In this document: positions 43,037-52,266 of the stretch, in pieces
How positions within the stretch are numbered: the stretch's first letter is position 1
Layout of the letters: the number at the start of each line of letters is the position of its first letter
Assembly (NCBI GenBank): GCA_963732115.1
Contig: CAVSYN010000034.1
Coordinates: 105,939-169,938 of the forward strand
Length of the DNA stretch: 64,000 bases
Direction: 5' to 3'
From: an uncultured Bacteroidales bacterium
GTDB taxonomy: Bacteria > Bacteroidota > Bacteroidia > Bacteroidales > VadinHA17
Notes under the pieces: model-generated
Databases searched by the model: none
Told to the model about the DNA's origin: nothing
What the model saw: the letters and a program-made list of their open reading frames with translations, nothing else
Translations under genes and position numbers: made by a program

Positions 43037-45000
43037 ATGAGAAACAGAATTATCCGGCTTTTTCTTATTATATTTTTCACAGGTACAATTTCATGCAGGA
43101 AAGAGACCCCGCCTGATCACAATGCGGGACTGATCCAGCTTGTAAGTGTGAAAATTGGTTCCACCACTCTCGACGTGAATGCCACTGTTAAAAACGTGCC
43201 TTATGATCAACCAGTTCAGTTATCTTTTACAAGTGAGGTGGATACCGGTTCAATCAGAAAAGCAATCAGCATCCGGAATTCCAATGGGACTTTTGTAACT
43301 TTTACATACTCCTATACAGACAGCTCCTCAACACTCACCCTGACTCCTGCTTCCCTTCTGGGGAATTTCACCGATTATACATTGACAATATCCGGCACTT
43401 TAAAAGGAGCAAAAGGAGAGACTTTCCCCGGAGTGCAATTTCAATTTACAACCCTGGCAGGTTCAATGGTGATTGATTCCATAACCCTCAACGGAATACC
43501 ACTGACTGCTTCCCCTTTGCTGAACATTGACCCCAATAAAATCGAAATCAAGGTTACTTTCTCACAGGCTTTGGATGCAGCCAATTATCAATCATCGTTT
43601 TCTTTTACAGGACCTGTTTTGTCCTTCACGCTTTCGGGGGATAGCAAAACTGTGACGGCGACTAATATAACAGCGGCCCAGGGTCTCACCAGGTATACTT
43701 TTTCCGTTTCCTCCGCTTTAACTTCCGCCGGAGGCTTCACTTTCGCCGGCTTTTCTTCTTCTTTTTATACCCGGGTCGATTCCACATATCAGGTTCCCCC
43801 AAATCCCGGATGATGATCTTTTAACACTTGTCCAGCGCCAGACCTTTAAATATTTCTGGGATTTTGGACATCCGTTGTGCGGTATGGCACGGGAACGAAA
43901 TTCTTCAGGCGATATTGTCACCACAGGAGGCTCAGGATTCGGAATTATGGCCATGATAGTTGCTATGGAAAGAGGATTTATTACCAGAACTGAGGGAATC
44001 GTCCGGCTGGACAAAATTCTTGATTTCCTGGAAACCTGCGACCGTTTTCACGGTGTCTGGCCGCACTGGATAAACGGCGCAACCGGAAAAACACAACCTT
44101 TCAGTGCCAGGGACAATGGAGGAGATCTGGTGGAAACCTCATATCTGATTCAGGGTCTGCTTTGCTATCAGGCAATACCTCGATTCTGCAATCCCTGGGG
44201 AGAACGCAGATATCCTGCGGATCAATAACTTAGTTAATTCCGTCGAATATGACTGGTTTACCAGAGGCGAAAAAACTCTTTACTGGACATGGTCACCTGA
44301 TTTTGGTTATAACCTTAAAATCCAGGGCTATAATGAAACCCTGATCACATACATACTGGCCGCTTCTTCTCCAACACATACTATTACAGCGGATACCTAC
44401 ACTATGGGTTATGCAAACAACGGAGGAATAAAGAACGGCAAAAGCTATTTCGGATATCTTTTACCACTCGGACAAGATTATGGCGGACCTCTGTTTTTTA
44501 CACATTATTCCTTTTTAGGACTTGATCCCCGCCACCTGAAAGATCAATATGCAGATTATTGGGAACAGAATGTAAATCAGTCTCTTATAAATTATACCTA
44601 TTGCCTGTCAAATCCCAGAAAATATCCTGGTTACGGTTCCGGAATATGGGGATTGACAGCCTCCGACAATCCATGGGGATATAATGCTCATTCCCCGACC
44701 AATGATCTGGGAGTAATCACCCCAACGGCTGCCATCTCTTCTATTCCCTATACTCCTGCTCAATCTATGAATGCCTTGAAGACTGATTACTACTTTCTTG
44801 GGGATCGTCTGTGGGGCGATTATGGATTTTATGATGCCTTTGATATAACTGAGGGATGGTGGGCAAATTCTACTCTTGCTATCGATCAGGGACCGATTAT
44901 TTGTATGATTGAAAATTACAGGACAGGACTTCTATGGAATTTGTTTATGTCAGCCCCCGAAGTGCAGAACGGACTGACCAAGCTGGGTTTTACTTTTTAA
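43037..45000 (+). CDS. Ig-like repeats fused to a second GH144-like glucoamylase-family domain; at least three frame breaks
   Basis: The N-terminal lipoprotein part with tandem Ig-like repeats (43031-43813) runs on into LLTLVQRQTFKYFWDFGHPLCGMARER, TTGGSGFGIMAMIVAMERGFI, FHGVWPHWINGATG, AIDQGPIICMIENYRTGLLW. It is a paralog of 35467-36810. Confidence 0.6.
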
Positions 45001-45130
45001 ACAGTTATCCACCAAATTACATCATTCCCTGATCGTTTAACTACCCTTTGTACACATCTTTGTACTATTCTGAATTACCACATTAATACGGGATAGCCAG
45101 TAAATTAATCATTACCATTGCCGGAGGCAT

Positions 45131-45162
45131 TAAATATTAATAACCCCGGGTGTAACCCGGGG
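45131..45162 (-). terminator. Possible terminator hairpin
   Basis: Stem ccccggg / loop tgtaa / stem cccgggg (45144-45162). Followed on the minus strand by TTATTAATATTT. Confidence 0.35.
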
Positions 45163-45221
45163 TACCGGGAAATCTAATGACTTCAACCCCGGAGGTGGTT
45201 GAATAAATAAGGTTGCCATTT

Positions 45222-45443
45222 TCAGATTCTTATACCTTCTCTTGAAATGTTTTGATAAAGAGGAGTCATCCAATACTTTGTTCTCCATTCATTCTTATTA
45301 TGGGCAGTAACTGAAAAGGCTTCACCTACTTCGAGTTCAATATCATATAGTTTATGACGGAAAGTTTTTTCGTAATCAAGATCTGCAGCAGAAGTCTTGC
45401 CTGAGGGATTAAATACAATCTGCGGATGGCCGCTTCTTCCCAT
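45222..45443 (-). CDS. Small ORF, possibly a remnant of a YjbR/MmcQ-like protein
   Basis: 73-aa ORF. Weak resemblance (...KTSAADL..., HNKNEW) to the YjbR family. An upstream continuation lies in another frame (45326-45511). Low support. Confidence 0.25.
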   Translation of the reverse strand: MGRSGHPQIVFNPSGKTSAADLDYEKTFRHKLYDIELEVGEAFSVTAHNKNEWRTKYWMTPLYQNISREGIRI

Positions 45444-45736
45444 ATGTACCTGAAAAACAGATTGTCATCCCGAAGCGAAGCGAGGGATCCCTTTATAAAT
45501 ATCCCATTCAAATAAATATCTTAAAAGTAACATTGTATTACAACAAAAATATAACCTGATACAATAAATAATTGACCCATATCAATAAATGACTTAACCA
45601 TAAAGGGTACAGGAGTTTTAAAAAGGTGGATGTGTATAATGGGTAGTTATCGTTTAAGGGAAGGGTCGGGGATGGGTTAATAAACTTAGGCCCAGAATAA
45701 ATTTTGGGATGTTTCAAACCCAGGCAAATGTGAAAG

Positions 45737-45846
45737 TCCCTCCCACCCCGGGGGAGGGATTGCCTTCGGCGAGCTCGTCCCGCTAAGCGGGACTCGGTTT
45801 AGGGAGAGGCCGGTTCGGGGATTATTCGCTTCGCCCGCCGAAGATT
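45737..45846. repeat. GC-rich hairpin cluster plus a degenerate third partial copy of the module start
   Basis: Hairpins tccctccc/gggaggga (45737-45759), gtcccgc-taa-gcgggac (45777-45793) and cttcg/cgaag (45829-45843). ggggattattcgctt at 45817-45831 repeats 45860-45874. Confidence 0.6.
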
Positions 45847-45916
45847 TTGGCGGAGAGAGGGGGATTATTCGCTTTGCTCATGATCCCCCGAAGGGGAGGC
45901 TTCAAAGCCAAAGCAA

Positions 45917-45945
45917 ATCCTGCTAAAGCAGGATGTTTTGTTTTT
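45917..45945 (+). terminator. Hairpin 1 of module B with U-tracts on both strands
   Basis: Stem atcctgc / loop taaa / stem gcaggat, followed by gttttgttttt. Confidence 0.55.
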
Positions 45946-45983
45946 ATCATGTCCTTCACAAAACAAGTTTTGTTCGGCCATTT

Positions 45984-46020
45984 AAAAACAAAACCATCCC
46001 GACGAATTGTCGGGATGGTT
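45984..46020 (-). terminator. Intrinsic terminator of tRNA-Ser(GCT) (hairpin 2 of module B)
   Basis: 12-bp stem aaccatcccgac/gtcgggatggtt with loop gaatt. The minus strand continues TTTTGTTTTT. Confidence 0.75.
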
Positions 46021-46031
46021 TGCTTTGGCTT

Positions 46032-46121
<90 letters not shown>

Positions 46122-46205
46122 AGAATATTACTGCTTTATTGCCACCTTCGTCCGCCAAAGCTTTAGCGACGGCGGATCACCCATCTCTCCAATCAGTGCC
46201 ACAGT
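46122..46205 (-). other. Putative ~85-nt 5' leader of tRNA-Ser(GCT) containing a 14-nt copy of the tRNA 5' end and a hairpin
   Basis: tcacccatctctcc at 46177-46190 is identical to 46108-46121. Hairpin tccgcc...ggcgga lies at 46151-46176. The promoter boxes lie upstream of this segment. Confidence 0.5.
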
Positions 46206-46212
46206 TGTGCGA

Positions 46213-46243
46213 CAAAAATAGGAAAACAAGTATAAAGTGCAAA
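46213..46243 (-). promoter_or_regulatory. Bacteroidota-type promoter (-33 TTTG, 19-nt spacer, -7 TATTTTTG) driving the tRNA-Ser(GCT) unit
   Basis: The minus strand reads cTTTGcactttatacttgttttccTATTTTTG. -7 box at 46213-46220, -33 at 46240-46243. Confidence 0.55.
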
Positions 46244-46255
46244 GAAATAGTTTAC

Positions 46256-48542
46256 TTATTTCAAACCTTTAAGAAGGCCTGTTATCAGTTTGAAATTCTC
46301 GAGCGTCTCTTCATCAAAATCCTTGATTGTGATCTGACCCGACTTGACATTGCTGAGGAACCGGCTCAGTACAAAATTCCTCGGTATCTCCCTGTCATTT
46401 ATGTAGACAGAGTTCGGGACAGTGATCCCTTCGCGGGTGTTTAGAATATGGTTTTTGAAATCAAGGGTGGACATCAGATCCTCCGCATTCAGAAATGATT
46501 CAGGAAGCTTTGTTATAAGTTCATGACCGACAGGTTCATTTTTAAAGAATGTTTTCCTGAGAGCTGCTCCTATCTGATTTTCATCTTCATTCTCAAAAAG
46601 CAGGACTCCGAATTCCATTCCCCACCCCATCATTATATTGCATAACAATGGAATGGATGAAACATCCGTGGATGGTATCAGGCTGATATTCCCTTTAAAA
46701 GAAGTAATGTGAATGATTGCAGATAATAAATAGAATGTACCAATATCGTTTACAATCAGGTTGAACCTGGCAGCGGAGAATCCTTCCTTGGCAACCGGGT
46801 TCCCCAGGATGCTCTGCAGAGGGGTCAGTGTGTCAGGTGTTGCAGATGACAGACGAAGCGGATCGAGGATGCGTGTTGTGCTTCTGTAACTGTCAAGATC
46901 ATCACGCTGGACCGCAAGCACCCTATGCAATTTATTTATTTCGACAAGGTGAGGTGAATGAGTAGTATATATTATCTGGATTTTCTGGCTTATATCCTCA
47001 AAGACTTTCAGAACATCTTCCTGGGCACGTGCATGCAGACTTACACCGGGCTCATCGACCAGCAGAACCATCGGTTTACAGTAATCGCTGGCAGATGCTT
47101 TCAATTCCATATAGAACGATAAAAACCACCTTACACCCCGACTTCTTTGTTTCGGATAAAGCCGTTCTCCTTCATCCTTTATCCAGAATTCGAGATATGG
47201 TTTTCCTGCTTTTCCCGCATAGCTGGAATTATAATGATCAAGCTCAAACTGAATGTTTATCTTGTTATTGCGGCCTATCGACTGCTGCCAGAAATCCTGG
47301 AAATTACGGGTAAGTGAATGATTCAGGTTTTCAATTTTTTGCTTAAGGATCCTGCTTGAAGGCTGTTCAAAAAATGAGAAATCAAGCTGCGCAAGCGTAA
47401 GAAAATTCCTTGCAGCCTTATAACCCTCAACCTGTCCGTTTCCCGAGATGATATCGGCAAGATCGATCCTGTTTGGCAACAGGCTTCCGAAATCTTCGAA
47501 CATTTCAAAAACCGGACAATATTCAAAATATTTTTTGCCCAGAATTCTGCTGTTCAGATGTGATTTATAAGCGCTCACCGTTCCATCAACCTTTCTTGCA
47601 GCCTGCTCTTCCGTTAAACCTTCCATCAGGTACCCCGACATCGCAATATGCCTGTCGAGCTCCTCAACTTTCTGCTCTTTTTCACTCCTTGTCTTCCTGT
47701 AATCGCTAAGAATATGGTTCCATTCAAGATCTTCCCCATTATCAACCGGTCTCATCAGGAGTGTCATCTTCTGATGCCTCTCTTCGAGCTTTACTGCAAT
47801 TTCACCGAGGTGAGCATCGAGAGCTGTGCATTTTTCCTCAAGCTTTATCCAGGTTTCTCCGGCTTTGCTCAGCACACTGTTTTTCGTCAACTCTTTCCGG
47901 GCTTCATCTTCCTTTTTCTTCAGATCGCTTAACTGAGATTTAAGAACAGGATATTGCGACCCTGGTGTAGATGTGAGGTCCACCGCTTTCTTACCGAAAA
48001 GAGTAAAGCCTTTCCTGTTTCCCTTTGCTTCTGCAACCTTTTCCTTTATAATAGTTACTTGCGAAGTAATGTTCTTAAGTGTAGTTTCCAGGCCATTTAT
48101 CCTTTTCACCTCACGTTGAAGTTTTGTTTTTACATCCTCAAGATAGAGCTTCCAGGCATCCTCGAGTGAATCGAGATACTCGCTTATCTTTCCGCTGACC
48201 GTTATTTCGGATGAGAGATCTGCAATCCACTTCCTTGTAAGTTCAAGATGAGTAAGCCCCGATAGCAGTTCCTTTAATTCCGTCCCCGGATTTTCAGTAA
48301 TCTTAACCAGCCAGCCCTCAGGGATACTGAACCTGCAGCTTATTTCCGGCAGGGAAAGGTCGCTTCTCAAAACATCTTCTGATATAACTCCTGAATAAAA
48401 GACCTTCAATGCTTCCAGGATTGAGGTCTTCCCGGATTCATTCTGTCCTATAAGACATGTTACATTATCGGGGGAAAGATTTTGCCAATCGGTGTCAACA
48501 ATCGACCTGAAATTTTTAATTCTGAATGCTATAGAGCCTCAT
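46256..48542 (-). CDS. ABC/OLD-family-like ATPase with long coiled-coil insertion and a C-terminal Toprim-like domain that has non-canonical active-site residues; one frame break at codon 7
   Basis: MRLYSI/RIKNFRSI. Walker A LIGQNESGKTSILEAL (48448-48422). Heptad-rich insertion of about 220 aa. RSRGVRWFLSFY. Walker B VLLVDEPGVSLH (near 47056). YTTHSPH (near 46966). C-terminal LTPLQSILG...NLIVNDIGTFYLL...LIPSTD...GVLLFENEDEN. Confidence 0.75.
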
Positions 48543-48554
48543 GGCGTTCGGAGA

Positions 48555-49372
48555 TTACACCTGAAATCCAAAAACGAGAACATCGTCATTTTGTTGTGAT
48601 CTACCCTTCCATTCTTTAAATGAGTACTCGAGGCACTCTTTCTGAGTTGCCATCGAAAGACCCGTAACCGAAAGAAGAGTTTGTTTGAATTGCTTGTATT
48701 TGAACTTCTTATCCGTTATTCCGCCAAACTGGTCAGAAAAGCCATCTGAAAAAAGGTAAAATGAGTCACCCGGTTGTGTTTCAATGATTATGTTGGTGAA
48801 AGGTTGTTCAGCCTGCGCTGCAATTCCAATGGTCATCTTGTCGGGTTTGAATTCCGATAATTCCCCATCCCGTATCCTGATCATTGGCCGGTTAGCCCCG
48901 GCATACTGCAAGGGGACCTCCTCCGCATTCAATTATGCATAATCCGATGTCAATGCTGTCTCTTGTCTCCGCCCTGGTACCGGTCTGATTCAGGGCTTTC
49001 ATGGTTTTCTCCCTCATCAGGTTAAGGACCCTGTTGGCCTTGACTGTTGCTTTCGACTGAAGTATCTCGTTGAGAAAACTGATCCCGAGAATGCTCAGCA
49101 AGGCTCCCGGAACTCCATGGCCGGTACAATCGCCGGCAGCAATACATGTAAACTGACGGTTGGAAAATGTGTAATAGAAATCCCCGCTTACGATATCTTT
49201 TGGAAGAAAGAGTATGAAAAAATCTCTTAGTACACCTTTAAGAATATACGGATCCGGCATCAATGCATGCTGGATCAAGTCCTGCGTACCTGAGACTGGC
49301 CAGATGATCTTCAACGACCTGATAATTGACACTTAAAAGATCCTCAGACCTTTCGTGATTGTATTGAACCAT
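48555..49372 (-). CDS. Stand-alone PP2C/SpoIIE-family serine/threonine phosphatase (~272 aa); two frame breaks
   Basis: MVQYNHERSEDLL...LASLRYAG/LIQHALMPD (break near 49283), VSGDFYY, AAGDCTGHGVPGALLS, break near 48915, YAGANRPMI, LFSDGFSDQFGG, QNDDVLVFGFQV. The stop is 12 nt from the ATPase ATG. Confidence 0.8.
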
Positions 49373-49447
49373 CAAATCTACTTTATCAAACAGACTTAAC
49401 AGATAAACTGACTTTTAGCCGTCGAATATTGTGGGAAAAGCCATTTA

Positions 49448-50860
49448 TCATTCTGTCCTTTCCAAAAGGACAACGTTCTCGACATGATGGGTTTGAGGAA
49501 ACATATCGACCGGCTGAATCGCGGTAATTTTGTAACTGCCTGACATTAACAATATATCACGGGCCTGAGTTGCGGGATTGCAGCTTATGTAAACTATCTT
49601 ACGGGGCGATGCACTGACAAGTGACTTTAACTACATCCTCATGCATTCCTGCCCTGGGCGGATCGGTGATTATAACGTCCGGTTTGCCGTTTTCGGCAAG
49701 GAACTGTTCGTTAAGGACATTTTTAATATCACCCGAAAAAAAACCTAGTGTTCCTGATGTTATTGATCTCAGAATTGATCGCGGCATCTCTAACGGATTC
49801 TTCAATGTATTCAATACCAATTACTTTTAGGGCTGATCCTGCAATGAAATTTGCGATTGTTCCGGTGCCTGTGTAAAGATCGTAAACAATTTCATTTCCT
49901 GTTAGTCCGGCAAAATCCCTGGCAACTCTGTAAAGCGTTACAGATTGTTTCGTATTTGTCTGATAGAAAGACTTAGGTCCGATTCTGAATTTCAGTCCTT
50001 CCATCTCTTCGATCAGATGATCTTCTCCTTTGTAGAGCACCGGCACCTGGTCGGCGAGTGAATCATTCCGCTTGGTATTTATTATATAGAAAAGCGATTT
50101 GATCTGAGGAAATTCAGTTGCAATAAAATCGAGAAGGTCTTTTATCCTTGCTGGTTCATCAAGGAAGAAAACCACAATAACCATGATTTTACCGTCACTG
50201 GTATTCCGGATTATCAGATTCCGCAGAAACCCGGTTTGTTGCCTCAAATTGAAAAATGAATAAGATTTTTTATGCGCGTATCGCCTCACAGCATCCCGGA
50301 TTGCGTTTGAGGGATCAGGCTGAAGGTGGCATTCCTTTATGTCGAGGACTCTGTCAAAATGTCCCGGAATGTGAAAGCCGAGAGCATCATCTTTCACTGA
50401 ATCATGGTCGGAATTAAATTCCTCCAGTCTTCAGCCAGCGACGGTCAGAAAAGGTGTATTCCAGCTTGTTCCGGTAAAAATATATCTCAGAAGAACCTAT
50501 GATCGGGCTTATTTCCGGAATTTCAGCTTTCCCGATCCTGGTGAGATTGTCCCTTACCTGCTTTTCCTTATAGAATAGTTGTAGATCGTAAGGAAGATGC
50601 TGCCACCGGCAGCCGCCGCAAACCCCGAAATGATAGCACCTTGGCTTGATCCTGTCAGGAGAGTATTCATGGAAACGGACAACATTGCCTTCCATATATT
50701 TCTTCCTTTTTCTCGTCACCTGAATATCAACAACATCCCCGGGGATCAGCATTGGCACAAAAACAACAATATTGTTGACGCGTGCAACCGCATTCCCTTC
50801 AGCGCCGATATCCGTGATTTTTACTTTTTCAAGCAGAGGTAACTCCTTTTTCCGTCCCAC
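49448..50860 (-). CDS. rlmD: 23S rRNA (uracil-5)-methyltransferase RlmD/RumA (TRAM + Fe-S + SAM MTase); about three frame breaks
   Basis: TRAM domain ITDIGAEGNAVARV, cysteine cluster CYHFGVCGGCRWQH, FYQTN, VYDLYTGTGTIANF, ITDPPRAGMH, IVYISCNPATQARD. The C-terminus ...VENVVLLERTE was reconstructed by hand. Confidence 0.9.
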
Positions 50861-50922
50861 AGTCTAATCCAAATTAATTTAAAATCCGATTTCTAGAACT
50901 GACACATTCTGTGATTCCAGGA

Positions 50923-52147
50923 TCACTGCAAATCCTTTAAAAACAGCAATCCCTTAACCATTGCAGGTACAACGGCGTCACCATGGTCAAGATTTGGGAT
51001 GATCTCTTTCCGGCAGATTTGAGTTGAAGTTCCAGCCTGAATCATAGCAGCATACATGTTTTCAGTTGATTGCGGATTAACTGAGGTATCTCCACCGCCA
51101 TGAATAAAATACAATGGTACAGAAGTGTTCCATGCCGTCACACTGTTGACCTCCAGCGCCTGCCTGACCGAAGCATATTTCTGATCAGATTCAAACCCGG
51201 ATAAGAAACCGGGAGTGAAAAGATCAGAAATTGAAGTTGTGAGCTGATCATTTATCTGACCGGAAGTCAGGGTGCCAGTGTACAGCGAGCTTAGCCTCGA
51301 TGCATAAGGCTCATTAATGATATCGGAAACCTTATTGGTAAACTGTTCATATTCGGAATAGGCGTTTATAATGTATCCGATGTACACAGGCATAGGGTAT
51401 GAAGCTACGCCGGTCATCCCCTGTAGAAGTAGATTGAGGCTGTAAGGTCCTGCACCACAGACGCTTCCCTTAAGGTTAAAATCAGTTGAATAATCCTGCT
51501 CAATGGCTTTATCCAACGCAAGTGTAGCCCAGCCTCCCTGAGAATAACCTATCAGATATAAATCATCACTTACTGAAGTACCCGGAAGCTCATCAGACTC
51601 CATCTCCCTGACTGCATAAAGCATATCGACAATCGATCTCACAGTCGGCACGGATATGAGGTATGGATGTGGGATATCAGCCGATGCTCCAAATCCTGGA
51701 TAGTCAGGGATTACTACAATATATCCCATAGAAGCCACAATTTCTACCAGCTGATAAGCCGGATTAAGTACATACTCGCTAGGAGCATAGGCATTCATCG
51801 TGTTGGTTCCGTTCTGGAAACAAATTACAGGATATTCTACCCTTTGCGGAGGGGACACAAACCAATCCGGAAGCGCTGATCGTTTTTTCACTCACAGTGG
51901 TTTTATATGTTATTTTATAAATATCAATGTCGCCTGACAGATATGGTTTGAGATCAGCAATTTCGGGGTATACACCTGACCCTGCATCCACCAGGTAATT
52001 AATGGTAGCAGCGTTGTATGTAATCACGAGATCATTTGATTCCAGATACTTATGGCTTCCGCTTTCGTCCTTTTTACAGGAATAGACAAGAGTTACAAAT
52101 GCCAGTGAAACAAGCATCTGTTTAAGAAATCGATTCCTGTTTTTCAT
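50923..52147 (-). CDS. Secreted alpha/beta hydrolase (lipase-like) lipoprotein; one frame break near 51850
   Basis: Lipobox TLVYSCKKD (ORF 51779-52147), then ORF 50923-51891 with the nucleophile elbow LIGYSQGGWA and a late HGGGD..D.....H pattern. Confidence 0.7.
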
Positions 52148-52266
52148 TGTTTGCCCGATTAGAAAGATTACCCAACCATTTATCAGGCAAAGATACCCTT
52201 TTACCGGATAACCTCTTCTTCACCGGCTTCCGTACTTTTTCTATCTTTGCACAGATTTTATTTTTT

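Larger units (their letters stand above)
45847..46031 (-). repeat. tRNA-Ser trailer module, copy B (~185 bp; ends in a 19-nt copy of the tRNA-Ser 3' end)
   Basis: Same block order as 29831-30021. tggcggagagagggggatt at 45848-45866 is identical to 46032-46050. Both hairpins have a different sequence from copy A but keep their pairing. Confidence 0.85.

Noticed and set aside
46139-46444. 101-aa + strand ORF spanning the tRNA leader and the 3' end of the ATPase gene.
   Set aside because: It overlaps the tRNA promoter/leader and is antisense to the ATPase C-terminus. It has no motif, no signal peptide and no convincing start context.
49372-49390. TAGATTTG (a TAnnTTTG match) immediately 5' of the PP2C ATG, considered as the PP2C promoter.
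   Set aside because: The box abuts the start codon, so the predicted transcription start would fall inside the coding sequence. Either this is coincidental or the cassette is co-transcribed from upstream (rlmD). It was not called as a feature.
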